From contig CALMFG010000112.1 in the NCBI GenBank assembly GCA_937863465.1, forward strand, positions 1-51,487: DNA of 51,487 nucleotides, in the 5' to 3' direction. The notes beneath the pieces are model-generated. The model was not told the DNA's origin and made no database searches. It saw only the letters and a list, made by a program, of their open reading frames with translations. This document shows, one piece after another, positions 26,860 to 39,968 of the stretch. The first letter of the stretch is position 1; every line of letters starts with the position of its first letter. Position numbers and translations under genes: made by a program. The DNA is from an uncultured Clostridia bacterium (lineage in GTDB: Bacteria; Bacillota; Clostridia; Christensenellales; CALMFG01).

Positions 26860-28548
26860 TTGAACTATATCGAAAATTTAGCGAAAGCCATCGAAAAACA
26901 AACCGGTCTTACCGCCGCCGAAGTCGCCGGCATGATCGAAGTGCCCGCCGACGAAACCATGGGCGACTTTGCACTGCCCTGTTTTAAGCTGGCCAAAACC
27001 CTCAAAAAAGCGCCGCCGGTGATTGCGGATGAGATTGCAAACGGCATGGCTCTGCCCGAAGGGTTTAAATCCTTCAGCGTGGTCGGCGCATACATCAATT
27101 TCTTCATCGACCCGGTCGCGTTCATCGCGGATGTGCTGAAAGCCAGCGGCGAAGAAGGCTACGGCGGCAGCGACGAGGGACAGGGCAAGAATATCTGCAT
27201 CGACTATTCTTCCATCAACATCGCCAAACCCTTTCACATCGGCCACATTATGTCAACCGCAATCGGCAACGCGCTGTACCGCATCTACAACTACCGCGGC
27301 TACACCGCCATCGGTATCAACCACTTGGGCGACTGGGGTACCCAGTTCGGCAAGCTCTGCTACGCCTACGAGGCCTGGGGCAACAAGGAAGACGTGGAAG
27401 CGCGGAACATCGACGCCCTTTTGGCGCTGTACGTGAAGTTCCACGACGAAGCCGATAAGGACGACAGCCTGAACGACGCCGCGCGGGAATGGTTTAAACG
27501 CATTGAAGCCGGAGACGAATATGCCGTTTCCCTGCTGGACTGGTTTACTGAAATCACGTTAAAGCGCGTCAATAAAGTCTATGAGATGCTGGGCGTTTCG
27601 TTTGATTACTACACGGGCGAACGCTTCTACAACGACAAGATGCAGCCCATCGTGGATGAGCTGGACGCCAAAGGCCTTTTGACCGAATCGCAGGGCGCGC
27701 GCGTGGTGGATTTGGAAAGCTACAGCATGCCCCCGTGCATCATCATCAAAAACGACGGCACCACGCTGTACGCCACGCGTGACCTGGCCGCCGCCTTCTA
27801 CCGCAAAAAGACGTTCAACTTCTATAAAGCCCTGTACGTGGTCGCCTATCAGCAGAACCTGCACTTCAGCCAATGGTTTAAGGTGGTGGGTCTCATGGGT
27901 TACGATTGGGAAAAGGATTTGGAGCATGTCAACTTCGGCATGGTCGCTTTGGAAGATGGAACCATCTCCACGCGCAAAGGTCGTGTGGTTTTCCTGGAGG
28001 ACGTGCTGAACAAAGCCTGCGAAAAAACAGCCGAGATTATCGAAATTAAGAACCCCGGTCTTGAGAACAAAACCGCTATCGCCAAACAGGTGGGCATCGG
28101 CGCCGTCGTGTTCAGCGTACTCTCGCAAGGGCGTATCAAGGACGTCACCTTCACATGGGACAGAGTGCTAAACTTTGAGGGCGAAACCGGCCCGTATATG
28201 CAGTACACCGCCGTGCGGTGCAACTCGCTTCTGGTTCGCGGCGCAGACCTGCTTAATGAAACCCCCGACTTCTCGGCGCTGGATAACGACGAAGCGTTTA
28301 AAACCGCCAAGGCGCTGGACCGCTTCCCCTCGGCCATCGAAACCGCGCTGGCCAAGAACGAGCCCTACCTCATTACGCGAAACATCATCGACGTGGCCAA
28401 GGCGTTTAACAAATTCTACTTTGAACATAAGATTATCGACGAAAACAAAGCCGCTTCGGCCGCAAGGCTGGCTCTGGCCAAAGCCGTGAAAAACGTCATC
28501 ACCACCGGACTTTACTTAATCGGTGTGGAAACGCCCGAAAAGATGTAA
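26860..28548 (+). CDS. argS: Arginine--tRNA ligase
   Basis: SSINIAKPFHIGHI (HIGH motif), class I fold, DALR anticodon-binding C-terminus. Start placed at TTG 26860 behind AAAGGAAG; the ORF-track start at 26827 has no RBS. Confidence 0.92.
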   Translation: MNYIENLAKAIEKQTGLTAAEVAGMIEVPADETMGDFALPCFKLAKTLKKAPPVIADEIANGMALPEGFKSFSVVGAYINFFIDPVAFIADVLKASGEEGYGGSDEGQGKNICIDYSSINIAKPFHIGHIMSTAIGNALYRIYNYRGYTAIGINHLGDWGTQFGKLCYAYEAWGNKEDVEARNIDALLALYVKFHDEADKDDSLNDAAREWFKRIEAGDEYAVSLLDWFTEITLKRVNKVYEMLGVSFDYYTGERFYNDKMQPIVDELDAKGLLTESQGARVVDLESYSMPPCIIIKNDGTTLYATRDLAAAFYRKKTFNFYKALYVVAYQQNLHFSQWFKVVGLMGYDWEKDLEHVNFGMVALEDGTISTRKGRVVFLEDVLNKACEKTAEIIEIKNPGLENKTAIAKQVGIGAVVFSVLSQGRIKDVTFTWDRVLNFEGETGPYMQYTAVRCNSLLVRGADLLNETPDFSALDNDEAFKTAKALDRFPSAIETALAKNEPYLITRNIIDVAKAFNKFYFEHKIIDENKAASAARLALAKAVKNVITTGLYLIGVETPEKM

Positions 28549-28551
28549 ATT

Positions 28552-28588
28552 AAAAAACCTTGCGGTGATTCGCAAGGTTTGTTTTTTT
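28552..28588. terminator. Bidirectional intrinsic terminator (argS / lepB, convergent)
   Basis: AAAAAACCTTGCG GTGATT CGCAAGGTTTGTTTTTTT gives a 9-bp stem. Confidence 0.75.
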
Positions 28589-28595
28589 ATTATCG

Positions 28596-29198
28596 TTATC
28601 CGATTTTGCCAAACTTGGTGAACGGCCAGGCGCGAAACAGCACGCGGCCGCGGATGCGGTCATACGGAATGCTCCCAATCACGCGGGAATCGAACGAATT
28701 GTTTCGATTGTCGCCCATCACAAACACACTGTCCTCGGGCACCACCGTCGGTTCCAATGTGCCAATCTCGGGCTCGCGTAAGTATGGCTCGTCCACAGCT
28801 TCTCCGTTGACGTAGGTGACGCCCTCCCGAATCTCCACCGTGTCGCCTGAAACGCCGATGACGCGCTTGACGTAGTTTTTGCGGTGTTTTATGAAATCAT
28901 AGAAAATATTATTTTTGCCTTCGTCAAAATAGCAGACAATGATATCGCCCTCATTCGGGTCGTTAAAATCATATGTCACCTTTTCCAAAAACAGCCACTC
29001 GCCGGTGAACAGCGTGTCCTCCATGGAAGACTGCTCCACTACCACAAAGTCGAAAACAAAAAAGCGAAGCGCCAGCGCCACAGCCACGGCCGCGACCAGC
29101 GAAATAATCCACGACACAAATTCCTCCTTGGGCGTCTTTTCCTTTTTCTTGGGCGGGCTTAGACGCACCGGCTTAAATTTCTCACTGGAATGACTCAA
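28596..29198 (-). CDS. lepB: Signal peptidase I
   Basis: SMEDTL (catalytic Ser box), KRVIG, GDNRNNSFDSR. Confidence 0.9.
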   Translation of the reverse strand: MSHSSEKFKPVRLSPPKKKEKTPKEEFVSWIISLVAAVAVALALRFFVFDFVVVEQSSMEDTLFTGEWLFLEKVTYDFNDPNEGDIIVCYFDEGKNNIFYDFIKHRKNYVKRVIGVSGDTVEIREGVTYVNGEAVDEPYLREPEIGTLEPTVVPEDSVFVMGDNRNNSFDSRVIGSIPYDRIRGRVLFRAWPFTKFGKIG

Positions 29199-29386
29199 CT
29201 GTTTATTCTCCTTTTAAAACCTTTTTTAAAATCAGCAAATTTCAGCATCACAATCCGCCCGCATCCCACGCATTTCAGCTTCACATCCATGCCGGTTCGC
29301 AGCACCTTCCATTCGTTGGCGCCGCAGGGGTGGGGCTTTTTCATCATGACAAAATCATTTTCGTTGACATCCATCGGTTTATCCAT
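29195..29386 (-). CDS. DUF951-family small protein
   Basis: MKKPHPCGANEWKVLRTGMDVKLKCVGCGR is typical of DUF951. There is a 4-nt overlap with lepB. Confidence 0.8.
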   Translation of the reverse strand: MDKPMDVNENDFVMMKKPHPCGANEWKVLRTGMDVKLKCVGCGRIVMLKFADFKKGFKRRINS

Positions 29387-30253
29387 TTACTTATTGATCA
29401 GCACGCGTCTGGGGTACGGAATCTCAATTTTCTCTTTATCGAAGTTCTCTTTAATCGCCTGCAGCATATCCCGCTGGGTCTGGAACTGCATGGTGGGTTT
29501 CACTTCCATCACCACGCGCAAAGTCACGTCCGAATCGCCCAGACTGATGACACCGGCGTACTGCGGTTCACCCACCACATAGTCGTGCGCCGCTTTGTAT
29601 TCTTTTGCGGTGTTTAGTATGCTTTCCGCCGCATTTTGAATATCCTCTTCATAAGCGATGCCCACGTCCATAATCGCCAGATTGTTGCCCTTGGAATAGT
29701 TGATGACCGTGCCGATGGCGCCGTTCGGGATAATTATCACTTCTCCGGTATAGGCCTTAATCTCGGTGTTGCGCATATTGATGCCCTGCACCGTACCCAT
29801 CACATCAGCCACTTTCACAAGGTCGCCAATCTCATACTGCGATTCGATAAACAGAAAACCGCCGCTGACCACATCCTTCACCAGATCCTGCGCGCCGAAG
29901 GCCAGCGCCACGCCGCCGATGCCCGCCGTGGCCAACAGACTGTTGGCCGAAATACCGATCTGGTCCAGCACAGCCACAATGACAAAAAACCAAACCAGGA
30001 ATTTAACCACCGACTGAGTCAGAGAAAAAATCGATTCCAGCTTCTTGTGGGATATTTTTTCGGCTTGTTCCACACGCTTGTTAAACAGCGCTTTTTTGGA
30101 AATTTTCAAAATCAGCCAGATCAGGATTCTGCCGACGACGATGATTAGAACAATCGTAAACAGCTTGATGATGATGACATCGATGTGTGAGGCGATATTT
30201 TCAAGGCGCGCCGTCATGCTTTTGACAAACTGCGGCCACATGTCTTTGAACAT
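29387..30253 (-). CDS. Small-conductance mechanosensitive channel (MscS family)
   Basis: Three N-terminal TM helices, then GDLVKV.DV.GTV..I..R.T.I....GE..IIPNG beta-domain. Confidence 0.88.
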   Translation of the reverse strand: MFKDMWPQFVKSMTARLENIASHIDVIIIKLFTIVLIIVVGRILIWLILKISKKALFNKRVEQAEKISHKKLESIFSLTQSVVKFLVWFFVIVAVLDQIGISANSLLATAGIGGVALAFGAQDLVKDVVSGGFLFIESQYEIGDLVKVADVMGTVQGINMRNTEIKAYTGEVIIIPNGAIGTVINYSKGNNLAIMDVGIAYEEDIQNAAESILNTAKEYKAAHDYVVGEPQYAGVISLGDSDVTLRVVMEVKPTMQFQTQRDMLQAIKENFDKEKIEIPYPRRVLINK

Positions 30254-30325
30254 TGTTTTTCTCCTTTTTGTTTTCGCTGTCTATTATAGCAAAGTTACAG
30301 CCTAATTTGTATCTTTTTAAAAGGC

Positions 30326-30351
30326 CAAAAAAAGAGCGGGGTTTCCGCTCT
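30326..30351 (-). terminator. Intrinsic terminator after gyrA
   Basis: Minus strand reads AGAGCGG AAACC CCGCTCT TTTTTTT. Confidence 0.7.
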
Positions 30352-30371
30352 TCGTCTTGTGCTGTTTTTAA

Positions 30372-32828
<2,457 letters not shown>

Positions 32829-32845
32829 CTATACCTCAAAAGCTC

Positions 32846-34774
<1,929 letters not shown>

Positions 34775-34805
34775 TTATTGCTATAAATAAAAAGCTTAAA
34801 TCACT

Positions 34806-35078
34806 TTAAGCCAAAGTATAGTCACTTAGATAGTTTTCGGCCCGCTTTTTTAAGGTGGTTGAAGAAATGGGAGAACAATGCAGAACCGTCCTGCCGCCGC
34901 TTTTCAGCACCACCAGAGACTTACACCCGGGGTCGGTTTCGCCGCGCTGACCGGCTTCGGCCATGGCTTTTTCAATAAACGCCTGATTGGCCTTGTTTTT
35001 GACGCAGGTATTCACATCCAATATAAGCACAATATCGGATAAGGGAATCATGACGTCATTGCCAATATGGAGCAACAT
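34806..35078 (-). CDS. remB: DUF370 protein (RemB/YaaB-like)
   Basis: MLLHIGNDVMIPLSDIVLILD, and the conserved position between recF and gyrB. Start set at ATG 35078 behind AGGTG. Confidence 0.8.
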   Translation of the reverse strand: MLLHIGNDVMIPLSDIVLILDVNTCVKNKANQAFIEKAMAEAGQRGETDPGCKSLVVLKSGGRTVLHCSPISSTTLKKRAENYLSDYTLA

Positions 35079-35299
35079 AAAAAAACACCTGCGCTTCCTG
35101 TTCATTCACTTTTCTACATTAATATATTTATTATACCCTTTTTTATCCAAATAAAAAAGCCTTTTTACCCGAATATTTTAAAATCACGTGAAATTTTATC
35201 GTTTTAAGCGTTTTTTTATGCGTATTAATGGGAAAAGGCTCTAAAAATATTTTTGTTTTAAAAAGGCTTTATTTTCGCGTATATGATTATGCGTTTGTT

Positions 35300-36379
35300 T
35301 CAGCCGCTTTTTATCTGTCCGTTTTCCACCACAAAAGCGTGATATGTCTGTTTAATATTGATGGGCACCGCTGTGGTGATAAACACCTGCGACGCCGCCA
35401 AAAGTTCGGTCAGCCGGTTCTGCCGCGAAAAATCCAGTTCGCTGAAAACGTCGTCTAAAATCAGCACCGGCGATTCGCCCGTTCGCTCTTTGACCATGTT
35501 TAAAACCGCCAGCTTATACGCCAGCATCACGGTGCGCTGCTGTCCCTGCGACCCATAGAGCTTTAAATCATGCTCGTCCAGCATAAAGACAAAATCCTCC
35601 TTGTGCGGGCCGAACAGACTCTGGCGGTACTCAATCTCGCGGCTCATCAGACTGCCCGCCTTACTTAAAAAGGCGTTCTCGATGTTCTCGGGTTCCACCG
35701 ACGCGCGGTAGATGATGCCCGCCGTTTTGTCTTCGCCCGAAATCAGGCGGTAGGTCTGGTTGAATGCTTCTTTCAGTTCCTCCAAAAAGGCCGTTCGCAA
35801 GCGGATGATGGTTTTGGCGTGCACGGCCATTTGCTCGTTGTAAACGCTGATCAGACGCTTTTCATCCTCGCCGATTCTCTTTTTCAGCAGCGCGTTTTTT
35901 TCGGACAGCACCTGATAATAGGATTTCAGGTCAAAAAAATACGCCGGCCGGATTTTGGCGATTTCCAGATCGATGAGCCGCCGGCGTAAAGCCGGCGTTT
36001 CCTTCACAGCCTTGATGTCCTCGGGCGTAAAGGCGACACAGGAAAAATGTCCAAACAGATGCCCCAGCTTTTTAATCGGCATCGCGTTGATGTTAAAGCT
36101 CTTGGTTCCGTCCTTCTTCAAGACGGCTTCAATGGTGTTGCCTCCCGACAGGGTCTGATAGGCCGCGCTGATGCGTGCCGATTCGGCGTCAAAACGAATC
36201 AGCTGGACATCGCGGTTGGTTCGAAAGGATTTTCCGGTGCTTAAGTAGTAGACGGCTTCCACCAGATTGGTTTTACCCTGCGCATTTTTGCCATACAGAA
36301 TATTCAGGCCGTTTTGCGGCGAAAGGCTGATCTGTTGATAGTTTCTAAAATCTTTCAGCAAAAGGGTTTTGATAAACAC
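35300..36379 (-). CDS. recF: DNA replication and repair protein RecF
   Basis: GTG start behind GGAG; F.NILYGKNAQGKTNLVEA Walker A; GSQGQQRT signature; LILDDV Walker B. Confidence 0.95.
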   Translation of the reverse strand: MFIKTLLLKDFRNYQQISLSPQNGLNILYGKNAQGKTNLVEAVYYLSTGKSFRTNRDVQLIRFDAESARISAAYQTLSGGNTIEAVLKKDGTKSFNINAMPIKKLGHLFGHFSCVAFTPEDIKAVKETPALRRRLIDLEIAKIRPAYFFDLKSYYQVLSEKNALLKKRIGEDEKRLISVYNEQMAVHAKTIIRLRTAFLEELKEAFNQTYRLISGEDKTAGIIYRASVEPENIENAFLSKAGSLMSREIEYRQSLFGPHKEDFVFMLDEHDLKLYGSQGQQRTVMLAYKLAVLNMVKERTGESPVLILDDVFSELDFSRQNRLTELLAASQVFITTAVPINIKQTYHAFVVENGQIKSG

Positions 36380-36405
36380 CGCATCGGCTCCGTCTTTTTT
36401 CTGAT

Positions 36406-36414
36406 ATTATATCA
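36406..36414 (-). promoter_or_regulatory. Putative extended -10 promoter element for recF
   Basis: Minus strand reads TGATATAAT (TGnTATAAT) about 27 nt upstream of the recF GTG, overlapping the T-tract of the dnaN terminator. No good -35 element. Confidence 0.4.
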
Positions 36415-36417
36415 TAC

Positions 36418-36455
36418 AAAATAAAAAAGCGATTCACGTTTCACCGTAAACCGCT
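36418..36455 (-). terminator. Intrinsic terminator after dnaN
   Basis: Minus strand reads GCGGTTTACG GTGAAA CGTGAATCGC (10-bp stem with two G-U pairs) followed by TTTTTTATTTT. Confidence 0.65.
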
Positions 36456-36470
36456 GGATTAATGTTTGGG

Positions 36471-37577
36471 TTACCGCATCTGTACCGGCAGAACCAGATA
36501 CAGAAAATCATCATTTTCGCCCGACCGAATCACACAGGGACTGACGTTGGTGTTAAACTCCAGAATGATATTATCATCGTCGATGACTTTAAAGACATCG
36601 GACAGATATTTGGCGTTAAACGCGATATCGATATGCTTGCCTTCCAAAAAGATGTCCACCTGCTCAAAGGCTTCTCCCAGTTCGGACGCCGAGGTGATGG
36701 TCAAAAAGTCGTCCACAATGCTGAACTTGACGAGCTTATCCTTTTCGTTTCGCGCCAGAATGGACGCCCGTTCCACGCTGTCTGAAATCTCATTTCGGTT
36801 CAATTTGATTTTAGATTTATATTCGCTGGGCAGAATGTTTTTATATTTGATAAATTCGCCTTCCAAAAGCCGCATAAAAATCTGCGTACGATTGGTTTTA
36901 ATACAGGCGATATTGTCCGCCAAATAGATCGCAAGATCGTCGTCCGAATCCTCGAGGATTTTGATGACTTCCCGAAACGCCGATGACGGAATAATCGCTT
37001 TTATGTCGGGAACACCGTTAGCCAGCGCCATTTTGCGAAAAGCCAGCCGGTATCCGTCCAGTGCCACAATATGCAGCGAATTGCTTTCCACTTCCATCAG
37101 CACACCCTTTAAAATGGGCCGTGCGTCCGAAATGGCCGCTGAAAAAATCGTGGTGGCCAGCATCTGTTTAAACACGTTCTGTGGCAGCACGATGGCGCCT
37201 TTTTCGGGCACCAGCGGAAACCCTGGAAACTCCGCGGCATCCATCACCGAAAGCTGTGTCTTGGAATGATTATTCGATATTTTCAGCCGATTTTCTTCTT
37301 CCATATCAAAGTCAATCATACCGGCGGTGTATTTCGAAAGAATTTCATAGAAAACCCGGGCAGACACCACAATTTCCCCTTCGGAGACGACATCGCCTTC
37401 CACCATGGTTTCAATACTCAAACTTAAGTTGGTCGCCTTTAACACAATGCCGTCCCGTTTTGCCTGAATGTATACGCCTTCCAGTATCGGCTTGATATTG
37501 CGCAGTTCAACCGCTTTTTCCACGGTTGAAAGACCCTTCAGCAAAGTGTCTCTATCGCATTTAAAATGAATCGACAT
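36471..37577 (-). CDS. dnaN: DNA polymerase III beta sliding clamp
   Basis: Three-domain 368-aa clamp (MSIHFKCDRDTLLKGLSTVEKAV...), directly downstream of dnaA. Confidence 0.97.
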   Translation of the reverse strand: MSIHFKCDRDTLLKGLSTVEKAVELRNIKPILEGVYIQAKRDGIVLKATNLSLSIETMVEGDVVSEGEIVVSARVFYEILSKYTAGMIDFDMEEENRLKISNNHSKTQLSVMDAAEFPGFPLVPEKGAIVLPQNVFKQMLATTIFSAAISDARPILKGVLMEVESNSLHIVALDGYRLAFRKMALANGVPDIKAIIPSSAFREVIKILEDSDDDLAIYLADNIACIKTNRTQIFMRLLEGEFIKYKNILPSEYKSKIKLNRNEISDSVERASILARNEKDKLVKFSIVDDFLTITSASELGEAFEQVDIFLEGKHIDIAFNAKYLSDVFKVIDDDNIILEFNTNVSPCVIRSGENDDFLYLVLPVQMR

Positions 37578-37585
37578 CGCAAGTC

Positions 37586-37618
37586 TCCTTTATTTGATAT
37601 CTTTAAATATATTTTAAG
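37586..37618. promoter_or_regulatory. AT-rich tract, candidate DNA unwinding element of oriC
   Basis: TCCTTTATTTGATATCTTTAAATATATTTTAAG lies directly beside the TAG-trinucleotide run. Confidence 0.4.
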
Positions 37619-37636
37619 TAGTAGTCGCAGTAGTAG
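37619..37636 (+). promoter_or_regulatory. DnaA-trio-like trinucleotide run
   Basis: TAG TAG TCG CAG TAG TAG, followed by GGGG and two DnaA boxes. Confidence 0.5.
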
Positions 37637-37640
37637 GGGG

Positions 37641-37658
37641 TGTGGACAATGTGGATAA
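37641..37658 (-). promoter_or_regulatory. Two abutting DnaA boxes
   Basis: TGTGGACAA (TTGTCCACA, one mismatch) plus TGTGGATAA (TTATCCACA, perfect). Confidence 0.85.
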
Positions 37659-37757
37659 CGTCAAAATCCGGCGGAATGGCGCGGTTTTTTCACGTTGTCC
37701 CCTGTGCACGGTTCCATGAATAAATCCCAAATTTTTGTTGATATCCTCTGAAGAAGC

Positions 37758-37766
37758 TGTGAATAA
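37758..37766 (-). promoter_or_regulatory. DnaA box, one mismatch
   Basis: TGTGAATAA, reverse complement TTATTCACA. Confidence 0.5.
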
Positions 37767-37839
37767 CCCAGCCTTTGCAAAGCATTCAATTTACCTTTTT
37801 ACCGACTCTTCAACAGGTTATCCCAGCGAAAACCTATGG

Positions 37840-37848
37840 TTACCCACA
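37840..37848 (+). promoter_or_regulatory. DnaA box, one mismatch
   Basis: TTACCCACA within CTATGGTTACCCACAGGATAT. Confidence 0.55.
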
Positions 37849-37897
37849 GGATATCGGCAGGCCGTACACAGAAAAATTTTTTTAGACACGACAAAGA

Positions 37898-39262
37898 TCA
37901 GTTGTTTTTGACTTTATTGATTAAATCGTTGACCGTAATTTTAAATTCGGTGTTCTCCTGCATGTCCGTGTTGACCTTATCGCAGGCGTGCATGACGGTG
38001 GTGTGGTCGCGGCCGCCGAACAGCGAACCAATTTTGGGCAGAGAGTAATCGGTCACTTCGCGCATGATGTACATGGCAATCTGCCGAGGATAGGATACCT
38101 CTCTCGCGCGGTTTCGGCCCTTGATGTCTTCCTCGGTGATATTGTAAAAATCACAGACGATATCGATGACATCCTTCGGATAGATCATCTTGACGTCCGA
38201 CTTAAAGAAGTCTTTCAGAATTTTTTCGCTCATAGCGAGATCCACCGGCGCGTTGTTGATTCGCGAAAAAGCGAAGACCTTTTGCAGAGCGCCTTCCAGC
38301 TGGCGGATATTGGTGAGGGATTTTTCGGCGATAAAGCTTAAAATCTCCTCAGGGATGTTAAAATCAAAGTTTTCTTTGGCTTTCAGGTTGTCGTATTTGT
38401 TCTTTAAAATCGCCATCCGGGTTTCGTAGTCCGGCGGCTGGATATCGGCCAGAAGGCCCCATTGGAAACGGGAAGACAGCCGATCTTCCAGTGAAGGAAT
38501 CTCCTGCGGCGGTTTATCCGAGGAGATGATGATCTGTTTATTGGTTTCATAGAGCGCGTTAAAGGTGTGGAAAAACTCTTCCTGGGTGCTTTCGCGTCCG
38601 GCGATAAATTGGATATCGTCGATGAGCAGTACATCCACGTTGCGGTATTTGTCGCGAAACTCCACGTTGCGGTTGGTCTGGATGGAGGAGATCAGCTCAT
38701 TCATGAACGATTCGCTGGTCACATACATGATGTTAGCCTGCTCGTACTGCTGCTTGACGTAGTTGGCGATGGCCTGCATCAGATGGGTCTTGCCGAGACC
38801 CACGCCGCCGTAGATGAAAAGCGGGTTGTAGGTGAGGCCCGGACGTTCGGCGACGGCCACGCTGGCCGCGTGCGCAAACTTGTTGGAACTGCCCACAACA
38901 AAGTTTTCAAATGAATAGGAAGGGTTTAATTTGATGGGTTTGGCCGGAGTGGTATCGGCTTTTAGCGGGTTGGTGTTTAAAAGCGACTTTTCTTTGGTCG
39001 TCAAAAGCTCAATCTCCAGCGTTTCGGGATCAGCCGGGAAATTGGACTGCTGAACGGTCTGAATCAGGCAGTCTTTGATGGTGGACATATACCGATCGAC
39101 GATCATCTTCTTATGCAGATCACTGGCGACTTCAAAGTAGAAGACATCGTTCTCCTGCTTTAAAGGCTTCAGTTCCCGAATCCATGTATCGAAGCTGATG
39201 CTCTGCACATTGTTTTTGATGACCAGCATGGTATTCTCCCATAGCTGTGAAAAGCCTGCCAT
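37898..39262 (-). CDS. dnaA: Chromosomal replication initiator protein DnaA
   Basis: YNPLFIYGGVGLGKTHLM, LLIDDIQF, and C-terminal DnaA-box binding domain ...GGRDHTTVMHA. The second ATG (39262) has better spacing from GGGAGG than ATG 39268. Confidence 0.97.
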   Translation of the reverse strand: MAGFSQLWENTMLVIKNNVQSISFDTWIRELKPLKQENDVFYFEVASDLHKKMIVDRYMSTIKDCLIQTVQQSNFPADPETLEIELLTTKEKSLLNTNPLKADTTPAKPIKLNPSYSFENFVVGSSNKFAHAASVAVAERPGLTYNPLFIYGGVGLGKTHLMQAIANYVKQQYEQANIMYVTSESFMNELISSIQTNRNVEFRDKYRNVDVLLIDDIQFIAGRESTQEEFFHTFNALYETNKQIIISSDKPPQEIPSLEDRLSSRFQWGLLADIQPPDYETRMAILKNKYDNLKAKENFDFNIPEEILSFIAEKSLTNIRQLEGALQKVFAFSRINNAPVDLAMSEKILKDFFKSDVKMIYPKDVIDIVCDFYNITEEDIKGRNRAREVSYPRQIAMYIMREVTDYSLPKIGSLFGGRDHTTVMHACDKVNTDMQENTEFKITVNDLINKVKNN

Positions 39263-39282
39263 TTTCATTACCTCCCATATGT

Positions 39283-39411
39283 TGTGGACAACTTCTGCTC
39301 GGCCTACAAAAACTATGGTTTATCCACAGATATGCAAGCTTTTTACCCAAAAAACGCGGTTTTTCAGAAAAAAAATATAAAAACGGCGGTATATCCACAA
39401 TTTTATCCACA
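39283..39411. promoter_or_regulatory. DnaA-box cluster upstream of dnaA (oriC / dnaA autoregulatory region)
   Basis: TGTGGACAA at 39283-39291; TTATCCACA at 39320-39328 (perfect); ATATCCACA at 39391-39399; TTATCCACA at 39403-39411 (perfect). Followed by AT-rich GATAAAAAATTATGTAAA. Confidence 0.85.
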
Positions 39412-39640
39412 GATTGTGATAAAAAATTATGTAAACTCACCCATCTTTACTTTCGACAATCTTATCACAATTGCCGAAAAAAAAACAGCAAAAAGGAAAA
39501 AAAGAATGTGAATCCCGAATGTTTTTTTGGCCGCGGAAGGCAAACCACAACATATAGTCCCCCAAAAAATCAGACAGCGGATTTTTGAAAATCGGCCGCT
39601 CTGCGCAGGCGCTGTGGAATGTAAACCTTTGTTTTATTTA

Positions 39641-39669
39641 TTGACAGGGGTATGGGATTAATCTATAAT
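39641..39669 (+). promoter_or_regulatory. Sigma-A promoter of the rpmH-rnpA operon
   Basis: TTGACA, 17 nt spacer, TATAAT. Both hexamers are consensus. Confidence 0.75.
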
Positions 39670-39743
39670 ATAGAAGTCTTTTTGGCGACCAAAAAAAACG
39701 GGCAGTGACCGTTTTTTAATATCAAGCGAGGGGTTTTTACGGC

Positions 39744-39878
39744 ATGAAAATGACACTACAACCCAAGAACAGACAACGGTCTAAAGTTCACGGGTTCAGA
39801 CAAAGAATGAAAACTAAAGCAGGAAGAAACGTTTTACACAGAAGACGTGCAAGGGGCAGAAAAGTCCTATCGGCATAA
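39744..39878 (+). CDS. rpmH: 50S ribosomal protein L34
   Basis: Not in the ORF track (44 aa). Manual translation gives [44 protein letters not shown]. Confidence 0.95.
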   Translation: MKMTLQPKNRQRSKVHGFRQRMKTKAGRNVLHRRRARGRKVLSA

Positions 39879-39968
39879 AACTAAAAGCTACATCGTCGTT
39901 TTAGAGGCCGCTTGTTTACTAAGCAGGCCTTATTGTTTATATTTTGGAATTTTCAAAATTTAAAACCG

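Noticed and set aside
35185-35200. A possible second parS in the recF-remB gap (AATCACGTGAAATTTT).
   Set aside because: Only the central CACGTGAAA matches, and the outer TGTT/AACA arms are absent. It is an 8-bp TCACGTGA palindrome in an AT-rich promoter region, too degenerate to call.
39284-39588. ORFs 39284..39511, 39247..39588 and 39132..39440 within the dnaA upstream region.
   Set aside because: They run through the DnaA-box cluster and AT-rich origin DNA. Their translations are Lys/Asn/Phe-rich and they lack an RBS. These are spurious ORFs in non-coding oriC sequence.
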